Source: Candidatus Latescibacterota bacterium (GTDB lineage Bacteria > Latescibacterota > UBA2968 > UBA8231). Taken from it: a stretch of 64,000 nucleotides of DNA. The notes under the pieces are model-generated. The model saw only the letters and a list, made by a program, of their open reading frames with translations. It searched no databases and had not been told where the DNA came from. Of this stretch, positions 1 through 9,389 are shown one piece after another. The DNA is taken from assembly GCA_965261395.1 (NCBI GenBank), contig OZ253462.1:5952001-6016000 (forward strand), given 5' to 3'. Made by a program: the position numbers and the translations under genes. Every line of letters begins with the position of its first letter. Position 1 is the stretch's first letter.

Positions 1-1
1 T

Positions 2-1678
2 TTTCGCGTTGAAAACGATGGGTCCGGTGGCTGGGGTGGAATCGATCAGAGCTGGGACGGTATTTGGCAGTCCGAAACCCATATCCACGACCAAGGCTGG
101 AGTGCCGAGATCGCCATCCCATTCAAGACGCTGCGGTTTCCCGAATTGGACCAGCATACGTGGGGCATAAACGTCCAGCGCATTGAGCGGACCTATACGG
201 AGAATAGCAACTGGGCGTTTATATCGAGAGACGACCGATATCTCCTGAAAGTGTCCAAGGCCGGCCACCTGCATGGACTCGAAGACATAAAACCGGGACT
301 TCACCTAGAGGTATTGCCTTATGCAACCCGAGGCTACAGCAATGTGAAAAGTCGGTCCGCAGAAGGCTGGTCCAGCGATTTCGGGCTCGATCTGAAATAC
401 AGTATAGCCTCCAATCTCACCTTGGACACCACCTTTAATCCGGATTTCGCCCATATAGAAGCCGACGAAAACCAGATAAACCTGACGAGATTTGAACTCT
501 CTTTAGAGGAGAAACGACCCTTCTTTCTCGAAGGCCAAAATCTATTTACGGCGATGGACCTCTTCTACAGTCGTCGCATTAGCGATCCCGATATCGGCAC
601 TAAAATAACGGGCAAAATCGGCAAGAACAGCGTCGGCCTGATCGCAGCGCGGAATCGGCCGTTGGGTGATGACGGCGGCCCTCCGCATTTCGGCGTCCTG
701 CGCCTCAAGCGCGATGTAGGAGTCAATTCCTCGATTGGTGCCTTAGCCGTCGGGAAAAATGGTCCGCTAGGGCAACAGGCGGTGGGCAGCGATCTCGTCT
801 TGAGCTTGGACGACAACGCTAAGCTCTTCCTTAATTCGGCCATGAGTTTTGGTGCAGACACGGACCGCCGCAACAAAATGCACAGCGGTAGCTTTAGGTA
901 CAATTCCGATCGCTTCCCATTTGGGATTCGGGGATCTTGGATCGAGCCTGGGTTCAACGTGGATCAAATCGGTTTCATCCCGCACGACGCCGACGTCGGC
1001 GAGCGAGAATTCAGCCTCTATGGAAGCTACGGTTGGCGTCCCGATTTCCTCGGCATTAGAAATATCTATTTGGGGCAGAATCTTGTCGCCGAGCGGCGGA
1101 CCAACGAAGAGGGGTGGGAATGGCGCTGGAGCAACGTCGATCTGTACGTACGGCGGCTGGATGACTCGCGGGCGTGGTTCGGCCACTATAATTGGCAATT
1201 GCGGTGGCAGCAAAAAAAGTACAACGGCGACTCATTCAGGGCTGGTTTTGACACCGGCAACGGGCGCAAGTACCGGCTCCGCCTCAGCGGTCAACTCCGG
1301 GACCAGTACGACTTTGCGGACGAATACCTCGGCGACATACGCCGCGTATCTGGGACGCTGCGATTCGATTTGTGGGAGGGGTTCTTTCTTGACTCTAGTA
1401 CGGAATCTGTCTGGGAGTATTTTCCCTCCGGCGCACTGGACGAGGTGAAGCGCGTCTTGCTGGTGAGGACGACGTACTTTTTGCATCGGGATCTGTTCAT
1501 CCGCAGTTTTTTTCAGCGCAGCTTCCACCGGGACACCGTCGATCTCAACCTGCTTTTTAGCTATACGTTCGGCGCGAATAACAGCCGATTCTATATCGCC
1601 TATAACGAACATTGGGCCGACACCACAGAGCCAGAGCGGATACTGCTGACGAAATTGAGCTATAGGTTCAATTTCTGA
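2..1678 (+). CDS. DUF5916/CBM9-like domain outer-membrane protein, 5'-truncated by the window edge
   Basis: Frame is open from position 2 (…WSAEIAIPFKTLRF…WGIN); contains NPDFAHIEAD…EKRPFFLEG…LFYSRRI; ends in an aromatic barrel-type C-terminus (SYRFNF). Confidence 0.75.
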   Translation, partial: FRVENDGSGGWGGIDQSWDGIWQSETHIHDQGWSAEIAIPFKTLRFPELDQHTWGINVQRIERTYTENSNWAFISRDDRYLLKVSKAGHLHGLEDIKPGLHLEVLPYATRGYSNVKSRSAEGWSSDFGLDLKYSIASNLTLDTTFNPDFAHIEADENQINLTRFELSLEEKRPFFLEGQNLFTAMDLFYSRRISDPDIGTKITGKIGKNSVGLIAARNRPLGDDGGPPHFGVLRLKRDVGVNSSIGALAVGKNGPLGQQAVGSDLVLSLDDNAKLFLNSAMSFGADTDRRNKMHSGSFRYNSDRFPFGIRGSWIEPGFNVDQIGFIPHDADVGEREFSLYGSYGWRPDFLGIRNIYLGQNLVAERRTNEEGWEWRWSNVDLYVRRLDDSRAWFGHYNWQLRWQQKKYNGDSFRAGFDTGNGRKYRLRLSGQLRDQYDFADEYLGDIRRVSGTLRFDLWEGFFLDSSTESVWEYFPSGALDEVKRVLLVRTTYFLHRDLFIRSFFQRSFHRDTVDLNLLFSYTFGANNSRFYIAYNEHWADTTEPERILLTKLSYRFNF

Positions 1679-1685
1679 GCTGAGC

Positions 1686-3416
1686 TTATACCTTGCATAC
1701 GGGCAGCACGAGCCGCGAAGGATGGGCTGCCGAGTGATGCACGGCGTTGGTAGCCACGACCAGTTCGGTGTCGGCTAGGTTGTTTTTGCCTGTGTTGTGA
1801 TTGCGGTCGTGGTTGGGGAAGTCGCTCGACGTGATCTCTAGGCGGATGCGATGGCCCGGCTCAAAGCGGCAGGCCGTTGGCCCCATGCGGATGCGGAGTT
1901 CCACCACACTCTCGGGCGTCAGCAGCTCTTCAACGTCGAGGGAGTTGCGGTGGCGGGCGCGCACCATGCCGTAGCACATCTCTGGCGCTGGTCCACGCGC
2001 CGTCTCACCCTCTGTGCCAGCCGCGGGCGGGTGTTCGTCCACCAGTCGCGCGAAAAAATCCGTGTCTGGTGCCGACGAACTGACGAAGAGCACGGCTTCT
2101 GGATAACCGGCGATTTCCACGGCGTCAGTCAGCGGTTCCGAGCGGTAGCAGAGGATGTCGTCGCGTCCTTCTAGACGGTGGCGGTCCGCTGGCCCCGTGA
2201 ACCATTCTCGCGTCCACAGCGTCGGGACGGGATTGTGGGGGTCGTAGTCGAAGCGGTCGGCCTCGGCGCTGGTGTGCTCGCCGTCGATCGACAGTCGGCC
2301 GGAACCGCCAAACTTGGCGTTGCCGTCGCTGCTCAACAGGTATTCACAGGGCGTCGCGTCCGCTGGCGGCCAAGTGTCGGCCGAGCGCCACCGCCCCTGC
2401 CGTCCGGCCATTGCGAAATAGCGCACTGCTGGCTCGCGGTTGACGCCGTTGTCGATCCCCTTGAGCCAGTGATCGAACCAGCGGATGATTAGGTCCGGTA
2501 GGTCGAGCGCGGCCTGTGGGCCGAAGTCGAACCCGGCCACTATGCGGCTACCGAGGCTCGGGTGATTCCACGGGCCGGCGACCAGCTTCGTCTGCGACCG
2601 CGCCCGCTCGGTGCGACCGTGGCGCTGCATTAGCTGGAGATGCTGCATCGAGCCGTTGCAGTGGTCGTACCAGCCGCTGAAGTCGAGGTTTGGCACGGCT
2701 ACTTCCTCGTGCACCTCGTCGAACTTCCAGGCCCGTCGGTTCGGGTGCTCAAGCCAGTCCTTTGCGTACTCCGCCAGCCCCGGCGGTAGCTGCCGGGGGA
2801 AGTCGAGCCACGGCAGGTAGCCGATCCAGTGGCCCTCGCCGGCGACCTTGTCCCACTCCTGTCGCGCTTGCTCGGGTGTATGCGGCGGTGGCAGTCCGTG
2901 TCGGCGGCGCAGGTCCGGTGCCATGGAGGTGAGCCACCACTTGATGCGCCGCCCTGGCCGAAACCCGCCCGGCCAATCGACCTCGGTCAACTCCAGCGGA
3001 ATGGTATACGCGCACATAGCCACCAGATGCGGGGGCCGCAGCTTGGCTAGCTGCCACTGCATCCAAGCGTTGTACGAGGCTCCGAGGGTGCCGACCATGC
3101 CGTCGCACCAGGGCTGCGCCGCCAGCCACTCCACGGAGTCGTAGCCGTCCTCAGCGTCGCCGGTGTGCTCCACGGTAAACGGCACCCAGTCGCCCTCGGA
3201 GCCGTAGCGGCCGCGCGAGTCCATGGTGACCACGGCGTACCCAGCGCGCACGTAGCGCTCGAATCCAGATTTTGGGCGGTCGTACGGCGTGCGCAGCAGG
3301 ATTCCGGGGAACCGGCCATCGGCGTCGGGGCGAAACACGTGCGCCGCCATGCACGCGCCGTCGCGCATGGGCACTTGGACGTCGGGCTCAGTGAGGATTC
3401 CTAGGGTGCCGCTCAT
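1686..3416 (-). CDS. CocE/NonD family (S15) serine hydrolase
   Basis: VPMRDG, LLRTPY, DSRGRYGSEG, nucleophile GASY, GWYD, GPWNH, RIRLEITSSDFP; start placed at ATG 3416 (MSGTLG). Confidence 0.9.
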   Translation of the reverse strand: MSGTLGILTEPDVQVPMRDGACMAAHVFRPDADGRFPGILLRTPYDRPKSGFERYVRAGYAVVTMDSRGRYGSEGDWVPFTVEHTGDAEDGYDSVEWLAAQPWCDGMVGTLGASYNAWMQWQLAKLRPPHLVAMCAYTIPLELTEVDWPGGFRPGRRIKWWLTSMAPDLRRRHGLPPPHTPEQARQEWDKVAGEGHWIGYLPWLDFPRQLPPGLAEYAKDWLEHPNRRAWKFDEVHEEVAVPNLDFSGWYDHCNGSMQHLQLMQRHGRTERARSQTKLVAGPWNHPSLGSRIVAGFDFGPQAALDLPDLIIRWFDHWLKGIDNGVNREPAVRYFAMAGRQGRWRSADTWPPADATPCEYLLSSDGNAKFGGSGRLSIDGEHTSAEADRFDYDPHNPVPTLWTREWFTGPADRHRLEGRDDILCYRSEPLTDAVEIAGYPEAVLFVSSSAPDTDFFARLVDEHPPAAGTEGETARGPAPEMCYGMVRARHRNSLDVEELLTPESVVELRIRMGPTACRFEPGHRIRLEITSSDFPNHDRNHNTGKNNLADTELVVATNAVHHSAAHPSRLVLPVCKV

Positions 3417-3714
3417 CGCATCGGCTCCGTAGCGATAGTACCTCCGCCTCCAATCGTTCACCCAAGCGATCTTTCTCCAACTCCAGATTGTAACGCATCT
3501 GCAGATTGAGCCAGAAGCGATCGGTGGTTACGAAGTAGCGAGATAGTCGAAGAGCCGTGTCTGCGGAGATGGCGCGCTGGCCATGAACGATCTCGTTAAT
3601 CCGGCGTGGGGGGACCGAGATGTCCTTTGCTAGGCGATATTGGCTCAAGCCCAGGGGCGTGAGGAACTCCTCGAGTAAAATCTCTCCCGGATGAATGGGG
3701 GGCATTACAGGCAT
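3388..3714 (-). CDS. higA: HigA antitoxin (XRE HTH)
   Basis: PIHPGEILLEEFL…RINEIVHGQRAISADTALRLSRYF…FWLNLQ. Confidence 0.93.
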   Translation of the reverse strand: MPVMPPIHPGEILLEEFLTPLGLSQYRLAKDISVPPRRINEIVHGQRAISADTALRLSRYFVTTDRFWLNLQMRYNLELEKDRLGERLEAEVLSLRSRCDERHPRNPH

Positions 3715-3723
3715 ATCTGCCTC

Positions 3724-4005
3724 CTAATGATAGTCGACAATTTCTACATTGGCAGCGTGCCCCGCCTTCCACTCGAAGCACAGGCGCCATTGATCGTTTA
3801 TGCGGATGCTGTACTGGCCCCTGCGATCTCCAGCAAGTCTCTCGAGTCGATTGCCGGGTGGCAACTGCAGATCTTGTATGGAATCGGCGGCGTCCAACAA
3901 GAGAAGCTTCTTGAGAGCCGAGCGGGCCAGCGTTCCCGAGAATCTTCGCGACCTTTGGCGAAAGAAAACTCTTTCCGTCTCTCTGTCGCGGAACGATTCT
4001 ATCAT
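3724..4005 (-). CDS. higB: HigB toxin (RelE/ParE family)
   Basis: PPGNRLERLAGDRRGQYSIRINDQWRLCF…VEIVDYH; toxin-first gene order with higA. Confidence 0.93.
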   Translation of the reverse strand: MIESFRDRETERVFFRQRSRRFSGTLARSALKKLLLLDAADSIQDLQLPPGNRLERLAGDRRGQYSIRINDQWRLCFEWKAGHAANVEIVDYH

Positions 4006-4012
4006 TCAGATG

Positions 4013-4041
4013 AGAATAACGCGGCACGTTATTAATGTCAA
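4013..4041 (-). promoter_or_regulatory. sigma70 promoter of higBA with overlapping inverted-repeat operator
   Basis: Minus strand TTGACA (4041-4036), 17-nt spacer, TATTCT (4018-4013); perfect IR AATAACG-N5-CGTTATT at 4015-4033. Confidence 0.8.
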
Positions 4042-4109
4042 ATTCGAGGACGGCCCCCGAGATTTTCTTATCTTTGATTTCCACGACAATTTCCTTTTCA
4101 AAGTGAACC

Positions 4110-6044
4110 ATGTCCCTTCCTCGCTCAGGGTACACCTTCAGAGCCTTCTTCTTGGGCGCGCTCTGCGCCGCTATTCTCGCCGCCGGAGCCCCCTATTGCA
4201 ACATGGTCCTGCGCGGCTCGTATATGACCCAAGACTTTTCCACTCCTGGGGCGCTGTTCCTGTTTTTCTTTTTAGTCGGCGTATTCAACGCGCTGTACAA
4301 ATGCGCCTTCCCCAGCGGCGGCCTCGCCCGCGCCGAGCTGCTACTGATCTACAGCATGATGCTCATCGCCTCGGCGATTACTACCTGCGGCCTCTCTGAA
4401 TACCTCTTGCCGATCATGGGGTCCTGGCTCTACTTCGCCACGCCGGAAAATCGCTGGGACGACCTGTTCCACCCCTACATCCGCGACTTCTTGGTCCCCG
4501 ACGACGCGCGCGCCATCAAGCACTTCTACGAGGGCTTGCCCACGGGCGCGCCCATCCCTTGGGACGCTTGGTTGCTCCCCTTGCTCGGATGGAGCGTCCT
4601 CATTGTCGCCGTTTACTTCGCCATGATCTGCGTCGCCGTCGTCCTCCGCCGCCAGTGGGTCGAGCGCGAAAAGCTCATCTATCCGCTCGCACAATTGCCG
4701 CTCGACATGGTGCGCCAAAGTGACGAGAACCGGCTGCCGCCGTTTTTCAAAAGCGCGAGCTTGTGGATCGGCTTTGCCATTCCCTGCCTCATCTCTTCGA
4801 CCAATGCCTTCCACAACTACTTCCACGTCTTTCCACAAATCCAGCTTTCCGCGAGCATCAGCCTTTTCCGCGACACCGTGCATCTGCCGGTGGTGCTCAG
4901 CTTTCCGGTCCTCGGCTTTGCCTACCTGATCAACCTCGACATCGCCTTCAGCCTGTGGTTTTGCAACGTGCTGGTCAATGTGCAAAAGGGACTCTACGGA
5001 GTACTCGGTATCACCTCTGGCGAGGCATTAGATACCTTTAGCGTCAATCCGCCGGCGATTGCCCACCAAGAAATGGGGGCGCTGCTCGCGCTAGTGGTTC
5101 TTACGCTGTGGGTGGGACGCGGGCACCTCAAGGACGTGTGCCGCAAGGCGTTTTTTAACGCTGAGGATGTCGATGACTCCGATGAGATCCTCTCCTACCG
5201 AGTCGCGGTCGGCGGCGCGCTGGCGAGCTTGAGTTTTGCCGGGGTTTGGCTCTATCTAAGCGGCATGCCGCCGCTGGTTGCCCTGCTCTTCCTGCTCAGC
5301 GCCTTTGCCATTTTCGTGGCGCTGACTCGCATCGTCGCCGAAAGCGGGGTGCCCGAAGCGCGCACGCCGATGATGCCGCAGAGCTTTGTCGCCACGGGGA
5401 TTGGCACGACCGCGGTCGGCGAAACCGGCATTACTGCTCTCGGTTTTTCCTTTACTTGGGCCACCGAACTGCGCGTCGTGGTAATGGCCTCAGCCGCCCA
5501 CGCCCTCAAGCTGCTCGACGGCCAGCAGGGACGCCATCGCCCCTTTTTCTGGGCGTTGATGCTCGCGGTGTTCGTCAGCATGATTAGCTCGCTGTGGGCG
5601 ATCCTCGATTTGTCCTACCGCTACGGCGGCATCAACCTCAACCGCTGGTTTTTTGGCGGCGGTGCCCGCGCCCCTTTCGAGAGCTTTGTAACCCGCCTCT
5701 TGCTCAACCCTACCGGGCCTAGCTGGGAAGGCTGGTTTTCCACGGGGATCGGCGCGGCGATCATGGGCGGCTTGATGCTGGCCCGGCACTACCTGACGTG
5801 GTGGCCTCTACATCCGATTGGTTTCCCCATTGCCGGCCTCTGGCTGATGAGCCACTCTTGGTTTTCGATCTTTTTGGCGTGGCTCTGCAAGGCCATCGCC
5901 CTCAAGTACTGGGGACCGCGCGGCTTCCGCGCCGCCCGCCCGTTCTTCTTGGGGGCGATCCTCGGTCAGTTTGCCAGCGCCGGGGTCTGGTTGGTCATCG
6001 ACGCCTGTACTGGCATGACCGACAACCGCATCTTTAGCTGGTGA
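4110..6044 (+). CDS. DUF6785/DUF6784-like polytopic membrane protein (putative transporter), paralog 1
   Basis: Many hydrophobic segments; WVEREKLIYPLAQLP; C-terminal WWPLHPIG…WFSIFLAWLCK…PFFLGAILG. Confidence 0.75.
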   Translation: MSLPRSGYTFRAFFLGALCAAILAAGAPYCNMVLRGSYMTQDFSTPGALFLFFFLVGVFNALYKCAFPSGGLARAELLLIYSMMLIASAITTCGLSEYLLPIMGSWLYFATPENRWDDLFHPYIRDFLVPDDARAIKHFYEGLPTGAPIPWDAWLLPLLGWSVLIVAVYFAMICVAVVLRRQWVEREKLIYPLAQLPLDMVRQSDENRLPPFFKSASLWIGFAIPCLISSTNAFHNYFHVFPQIQLSASISLFRDTVHLPVVLSFPVLGFAYLINLDIAFSLWFCNVLVNVQKGLYGVLGITSGEALDTFSVNPPAIAHQEMGALLALVVLTLWVGRGHLKDVCRKAFFNAEDVDDSDEILSYRVAVGGALASLSFAGVWLYLSGMPPLVALLFLLSAFAIFVALTRIVAESGVPEARTPMMPQSFVATGIGTTAVGETGITALGFSFTWATELRVVVMASAAHALKLLDGQQGRHRPFFWALMLAVFVSMISSLWAILDLSYRYGGINLNRWFFGGGARAPFESFVTRLLLNPTGPSWEGWFSTGIGAAIMGGLMLARHYLTWWPLHPIGFPIAGLWLMSHSWFSIFLAWLCKAIALKYWGPRGFRAARPFFLGAILGQFASAGVWLVIDACTGMTDNRIFSW

Positions 6045-6154
6045 TGGTCAGGGGCGTTCCCAGCGATAGAGCAAGGCGAAATTGGGGATGGGGCGGATGG
6101 CAAAGCCGTCGTCGGACACGAGGAAGATGGCGATTGGGACGCTCCGTGAAACCC

Positions 6155-6943
6155 CTACATGTCTCGCAATAGTACTATAAACAGCCCCACGTCCTCTTGT
6201 TCGTCGCCGCCCTGCAAATCCACGCTGACCCCTGCGTTTAGCACCATGCCATCGCCGAGGCCGATGTCGAAATTCGGTTCTAAGCGGACGCTGAGCTCGT
6301 CTTCCAAGTCGGAGGTGTTGGACGTGATGAGCAAGTCGAGGTACGCGCTTAGTTTTTCGCCGAATACGTGGGCTGGTTCGAGCAAGAGATCGACGACGAC
6401 GCCTTCGTCGGCATAGCCTTTTAGCGCGGCGACCTGCAACCGAGTGTTGAAGCGGAAAGAGGAACCGATCCGCGCGGTCTGCATGAGACCAACGGCTAGC
6501 CCCGGGTCGGAGATGTCGCCAGCCGGCAGCGCGATGCTAGCGGTCGCCGCGCGGTTGGGGCCGAGTTGATACTTGCTGCCGACCACGATCGACGAAAAGT
6601 TGGAACTCCTATCTTTGAAAAAGCCAAAGGTGAGATGTGCGCCTATTTCAAGGCGAGCGTGGGGATTGAATTTGACCATAGCCACGATATCGCTCACGTC
6701 CTTGAGCTCTTTGATCGTGGAGGGAGAGGTGCGGACGCCAATATCGACGCTAGTGTAGCCTAGGCCGCCCGGCAGGACGTAGTAGGGGTCGTAGCTGAGG
6801 GGAGCATGAACGGGGGCATGGATGGCAGGGGCCTCGGCCTCAAGCGCGACCGGTTCCTCTGCTGGAGCGTCGTTTTCGGGTTGAGCATGGACGGCAGTGC
6901 CCACTAACGCGACCACGCCGATCAGTACGCAAAACAGGTGCAT
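6155..6943 (-). CDS. Exported hypothetical protein, probable outer-membrane beta-barrel
   Basis: Signal peptide (…AVHA|QP), acidic Pro/Ala linker, alternating amphipathic strands; RBS AGGAG. Confidence 0.55.
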   Translation of the reverse strand: MHLFCVLIGVVALVGTAVHAQPENDAPAEEPVALEAEAPAIHAPVHAPLSYDPYYVLPGGLGYTSVDIGVRTSPSTIKELKDVSDIVAMVKFNPHARLEIGAHLTFGFFKDRSSNFSSIVVGSKYQLGPNRAATASIALPAGDISDPGLAVGLMQTARIGSSFRFNTRLQVAALKGYADEGVVVDLLLEPAHVFGEKLSAYLDLLITSNTSDLEDELSVRLEPNFDIGLGDGMVLNAGVSVDLQGGDEQEDVGLFIVLLRDM

Positions 6944-6970
6944 AAGGTCTCCTAAAATTGTGAGAGGTGT

Positions 6971-7921
6971 TCAAAAGCCGCAGCGCTTGCAAGCGCGGAA
7001 GAAAGGCTCGGCCATGGCGTAGGCCCCGCGAAAGACCATGTCGCTGGTGAGGGGATGCACGCAGATCAGGCGCGCGCCGTTATCGATGGCCTCGACCATG
7101 CCGTCTTCGATGTCTTGGGGATCTTCCATCGCGCCGTGCCCCACGACGCGGCCGGTGTGGACGCCGCGCTCGGCCGCGGCGCGGAAGAGGGCGTTGACCG
7201 CGTCGTTGACTTCGGGGAGGTCGCCCTCGCGCAGGATGGCGTCGAAGGGGCCGACAAAGCCACAGGCCTTATTGCGCCCTTGGGCAGCCATCAGGTCGAG
7301 GACGCGGTCGCGGGTCTCGATGTCGATGATGTATTCCTTGGTCTCGAACTGGATCCAGCCTTGGGTCTCGGTCTCGGTGCCGCGCAGTTCGTCGGGCGTG
7401 AACATCATGGTCCGCTCGCCGTCGCGGACCGGATATCCGCCGCGGTCGTCGGGGGTGGCTTGGCCGGGGACTGGGAAGTTGATGGCGCGGAAGTAGCGCT
7501 CGGCTTCCTCGTAGGTGGTGCCATAGGGGCGCATCGTCGCCCGCGCCCCGAGCTGGAAGGCGTCGCCGTGTTCGGAGCGAGCCTCGCGGGCTAGACGCTG
7601 GACCGGCAAGATGCCGTGGCGCGAGACGACGGCGTTTTGCTCGCGGCCGTACCAGCCTTCCCATTGGCTGTGCTCGGCGTCGTTGACTATCCACGACCAG
7701 CCGGCTTTGGCCCAGGCGTGGACCTCGGCGTCGCGTAGCTTGTGCCAAGGAACGTCGTTGAAGCCGCCCAACAGGGGCGGGGTTTTGGCCACGGACTCGC
7801 ACTGGTCGAGCGTTGCCTTGAGCGGGTTGCGCGCGGGGTTGAGGGCATAATTGTAAGCGCGGCGGGCGAATTCCTCGGCTGCGAGGGGCCGGCTGCCGCC
7901 GATGGCTGCGATGGCGTCCAC
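6971..7921 (-). CDS. HpcH/HpaI aldolase family protein (divergent)
   Basis: DAEH, IQFET and FVGPFD match the DxEH, QIET and FIGPxD motifs; GTG start with RBS AAGGAG. Confidence 0.7.
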   Translation of the reverse strand: MDAIAAIGGSRPLAAEEFARRAYNYALNPARNPLKATLDQCESVAKTPPLLGGFNDVPWHKLRDAEVHAWAKAGWSWIVNDAEHSQWEGWYGREQNAVVSRHGILPVQRLAREARSEHGDAFQLGARATMRPYGTTYEEAERYFRAINFPVPGQATPDDRGGYPVRDGERTMMFTPDELRGTETETQGWIQFETKEYIIDIETRDRVLDLMAAQGRNKACGFVGPFDAILREGDLPEVNDAVNALFRAAAERGVHTGRVVGHGAMEDPQDIEDGMVEAIDNGARLICVHPLTSDMVFRGAYAMAEPFFRACKRCGF

Positions 7922-7982
7922 TTAGGTGTCTCCTTGTTTCTTGTTGTGGGTCAAATTTTGTCGCGTTCTACGTTATAAAATA

Positions 7983-8065
7983 TAAAGAGTCGCAATGTCC
8001 GTTGTGGGGATTGCGAATTGCGAATTGAATGTACCAGTCTAAAGAGTCGCAGTGTCTGGTGTGGG
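7983..8065. repeat. 26-nt imperfect direct repeat (7983-8008 / 8040-8065) enclosing TTGCGAA heptamer tandem units
   Basis: TAAAGAGTCGCAATGTCCGTTGTGGG vs TAAAGAGTCGCAGTGTCTGGTGTGGG, 23/26 identical. Confidence 0.7.
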
Positions 8066-8075
8066 AGTAGGCGTT

Positions 8076-9389
8076 CTAGCCGGTCGGGAGCATACTGGCC
8101 AGCAGCGTTGCCAAGCCCAAAAACGAAAGGAAGCCCACGATGTCGGTCACGGTTGTGAGAATGATCGAGGCCGCGGTCGCGGGGTCGTAGCCCAGCTTGG
8201 ACAGCACGACCGGAATGGCCGCGCCGGCCATGGACGCGAGTATCATGGACGCCAACATGGCGCACAACATGACGAGGGCCAGCCCCAAGCTCTGGCTCCA
8301 GACGAAGACGCCGATCGCGGTCACCGCGGCAATGGCCAGCCCGTTGCAAAAGCCGACTGCTAGCTCCTTGGCGAGGACGCGGGTCGCGTGCGAGGTGCGG
8401 ATCTCGCGCAGCGCGAGTCCCCGCATAGTCACGGCGAGGGCCTGCGCGCCGGTGTTGCCCGACTGACCTGCGACTACGGGCAGCAAGACCGCGAGCGCGG
8501 TAAACTTGGCAATCGTGTCCTCGAAGAGGCCGACGACCGCAGCCGCCAGAAAGGCAGTTACGAGGTTGATGTGGAGCCAGGGCAGCCGACTGCGAATGCC
8601 CACCCACGGTTTGGATAGGGCGCGTTCTTCGGCGGATACACCGACCATCTCTTGGACATTAGCCGCTAGGTTTTGCTGCGCCGCGCTCACAAGGCCGTCG
8701 TGGCGAATGACGCCGACGACTTGTCCTGCGAAATCGACCACCGGCAGACTTGTGAGGCGGTAGGTATTCAGGAGTTCGACGATCTCGTCCCTCGGCGTCA
8801 TGGGATGCACTTGCACGGCCGTGCCGTCGCGGAGATCACCGAGCAGCAGTTCGGGATCGGCGGCGACTACGTCCGGCAATCGCACCACGCCTGCGTAGCG
8901 ATCGTTTTCGTCGCGCAGCACGAGCGCTATGGCGCGGCGGTTGCCTAGCTGACGGATTCGCTCTAGCGCGGTGGCTACCGTGCAATCCACCGCAAAAGTG
9001 CTGACTTGGGCATCCATCAGGGAACCGGCCGTGCCCGGGGGATAGGAGAGAATCTCTTGGATTTCCCGCCCGCGTTCCGCGCCCGCCAACGCGAGGATCC
9101 GCGCGCGTGCTGACTCGTCGAGATGCGCGAGCAGCCGGGCGATAAAGGCCGGGTCGAGTTGCGCGAGCAGCCGGCTCAGGGCAGCGTCGTCCAAGTACGT
9201 CAAAATGTGCGCTCCGCGCTCTAGCTCCATCCGCTGCAAGACCGTTGCCACGACCGCGTCATCCCCGCGCTGCAACACGCCGACGGCCTCGTCCACGTCG
9301 GCGTCGTCTAGCTGGCGCGCCACTTCCTCGGGATGGAGTTCGACAAACCGCCGGATGAGCACTTGGTGCGGAGTTAGCTGTTCCATCAC
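8076..9389 (-). CDS. mgtE: MgtE magnesium transporter
   Basis: N domain, CBS pair (TAGSLM, SLPVVD), RLPWL, GQSGNTGAQ, pore motif TTVTDIVGF. Confidence 0.9.
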   Translation of the reverse strand: MMEQLTPHQVLIRRFVELHPEEVARQLDDADVDEAVGVLQRGDDAVVATVLQRMELERGAHILTYLDDAALSRLLAQLDPAFIARLLAHLDESARARILALAGAERGREIQEILSYPPGTAGSLMDAQVSTFAVDCTVATALERIRQLGNRRAIALVLRDENDRYAGVVRLPDVVAADPELLLGDLRDGTAVQVHPMTPRDEIVELLNTYRLTSLPVVDFAGQVVGVIRHDGLVSAAQQNLAANVQEMVGVSAEERALSKPWVGIRSRLPWLHINLVTAFLAAAVVGLFEDTIAKFTALAVLLPVVAGQSGNTGAQALAVTMRGLALREIRTSHATRVLAKELAVGFCNGLAIAAVTAIGVFVWSQSLGLALVMLCAMLASMILASMAGAAIPVVLSKLGYDPATAASIILTTVTDIVGFLSFLGLATLLASMLPTG

